Virus record (IMG/VR): IMGVR_UViG_3300045988_005769
Location: 1 to 6,115 of that record
DNA from: a virus
DNA length: 6,115 nt
Direction: 5' to 3' (one strand)
Shown here piece after piece: positions 5,409-6,115 of this stretch. A program made the position numbers and the translations under genes. Every line of letters begins with the position of its first letter. The first letter of the stretch is position 1. The notes below the pieces were generated by a model that saw only the letters and a list, made by a program, of their open reading frames with translations, was not told where the DNA came from and ran no database searches.

Positions 5409-5667
5409 TGTTAAATAAATTTAGTTGAATACTTTCTATCCATTTTTTATACTCTTCGTTTTTGTCATAAATCTTTTCGCATAATAACCTCCTTTCTTTT
5501 TTAGTGAATATATAATGTTTTTGTACTTCATCATCGATTATTTCGAATCCTTCGGTTTTTTCGTCTGTGTAGCTGTTATACCACACAAACGTTTTCATCG
5601 CTTTAAATGTGTTGAATGTTGTTCTACCAATACTATAAATTGCCCTCTTTTTTCTCTTCTTTATCAT
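5401..5667 (-). CDS. Hypothetical protein (88 aa) with a basic N-terminus (MIKKRKKR)
   Basis: It is on the gene-sense strand and overlaps the upstream 70-aa ORF by 35 nt. An alternative start at Met24 (5596-5598) would remove the overlap. The region upstream of the ATG is A-rich. I recognise no family. Confidence 0.55.
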   Translation of the reverse strand: MIKKRKKRAIYSIGRTTFNTFKAMKTFVWYNSYTDEKTEGFEIIDDEVQKHYIFTKKERRLLCEKIYDKNEEYKKWIESIQLNLFNNG

Positions 5668-5845
5668 TTTTTAGCATTATTTTATTGGTTTCCACGACGC
5701 ATATAATTTCGAATGTATCTGTGTCTGTTGATTCGTTTGCGATTGCTACTGCTGTTTTATATGTCCATTTTGACAATAATGGAAATGTTACTACTCTTCC
5801 ATTGTCTTTTCTTCTTGTAATAATTGTCCAATTTGTTGCTGCCAT
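5633..5845 (-). CDS. Hypothetical protein (70 aa)
   Basis: It is on the gene-sense strand and starts 2 nt after the 78-aa ORF stop. A strong SD (GAGGAGG, 5859->5853) lies 7 nt upstream of the ATG, embedded in the Glu codons at the end of the upstream ORF. Confidence 0.6.
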   Translation of the reverse strand: MAATNWTIITRRKDNGRVVTFPLLSKWTYKTAVAIANESTDTDTFEIICVVETNKIMLKNDKEEKKEGNL

Positions 5846-5847
5846 GA

Positions 5848-6084
5848 TTATACCTCCTCTTCTTTAATTTGGTTGTAATATACGCTTTTTAAACTTCTTA
5901 CACGGAATAGTTTCACCTCCCATTTTACGTCTTTTCCCATGTTCATTAATTTGTCATAGATGTTCATGTACGTTTCATGTACCCCTGTCTCTCCTATGAT
6001 TTCTCTAATGATCATAGTTGTTCCTTCGTTGTTTGTTGCGTAAACTTCTACGCAAAGTTCGTTTGCAATTTTCTTAATGTTCAT
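5848..6084 (-). CDS. Hypothetical protein (78 aa), first gene after the long intergenic region
   Basis: It is on the gene-sense strand and has an A-rich, SD-less start context (AAAAACAAAAAATT-ATG). The first 68 nt are duplicated at 1..68 because of the terminal overlap. I recognise no family. Confidence 0.6.
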   Translation of the reverse strand: MNIKKIANELCVEVYATNNEGTTMIIREIIGETGVHETYMNIYDKLMNMGKDVKWEVKLFRVRSLKSVYYNQIKEEEV

Positions 6085-6115
6085 AATTTTTTGTTTTTAA
6101 TGTTTCACGTGAAAC
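6017..6115. repeat. Terminal redundancy, copy 2 (identical to 1..99)
   Basis: Exact 99-nt direct repeat of the window start, read directly from the sequence. A fixed-length end overlap is typical of a circular contig from a de Bruijn assembler. Confidence 0.9.

Noticed and set aside
1070-5867. All plus-strand ORFs in the track (1070..1336, 2170..2376, 2557..2754, 2691..3014, 3195..3452, 3902..4099, 4848..5060, 4868..5113, 5515..5706, 5616..5867)
   Set aside because: Each is antisense to a well-supported minus-strand gene. Their products are low-complexity and rich in Phe, Leu, Ser and Cys, as expected from translating the T-rich antisense strand. Known Microviridae encode all genes on one strand. 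None has a convincing start context.
1-6115. CRISPR array, transposase or IS element, integrase, toxin-antitoxin or other defence system
   Set aside because: No spaced direct-repeat array is present. No ORF has recombinase, transposase or nuclease motifs other than the VP4 HUH domain. The genome is fully accounted for by a microvirus gene set plus small ORFans.

Overview
The window is one complete circular Microviridae (ssDNA phage) genome, shown as the reverse complement of its coding strand. Bases 1-99 repeat exactly at 6017-6115, so the unit length is 6016 nt and the repeat is an assembly overlap from circularisation. All ten credible genes lie on the minus strand and are packed almost end to end. 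In gene-sense order they are five small ORFans (78, 70, 88, 67 and 83 aa), the major capsid protein VP1 (653 aa), a 107-aa protein in the scaffold-like slot, the pilot/minor capsid protein VP2 (314 aa), and the HUH rolling-circle replication initiator VP4 (325 aa). The large VP1, the VP1-x-VP2-VP4 order, A-rich start contexts that mostly lack a Shine-Dalgarno sequence, and a TTTG-N19-TAnnTTTG promoter match suggest an Alpavirinae-like microvirus of a Bacteroidetes host. That placement is inference only. There are just two non-coding regions. One is a 487-nt region between the VP4 stop and the first ORF (69..555 on the circle). The other is a 180-nt gap between the 107-aa ORF and VP2 (2480..2659). 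Most of the unexplained structure sits in these two regions. They hold a GC-rich cluster of tight hairpins, a CTTGATAT octamer (core of the phiX174 origin decamer) in each region but on the antisense strand, a GTTTCACG motif in a perfect 14-bp palindrome and again in a hairpin just after the rep stop codon, an 11-bp long-range inverted repeat, and a perfect 9-bp-stem hairpin. Two coding-level candidates also stand out. One is a 122-aa, very basic ORF nested out of frame inside VP4 that shares a 13-nt start context with the first gene. The other is a 67-aa protein with an N-terminal membrane or lipoprotein-like segment, a lysis or exclusion candidate in a lineage with no recognisable lysis gene. 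No tRNA, rRNA, CRISPR array, integrase or transposase is visible.
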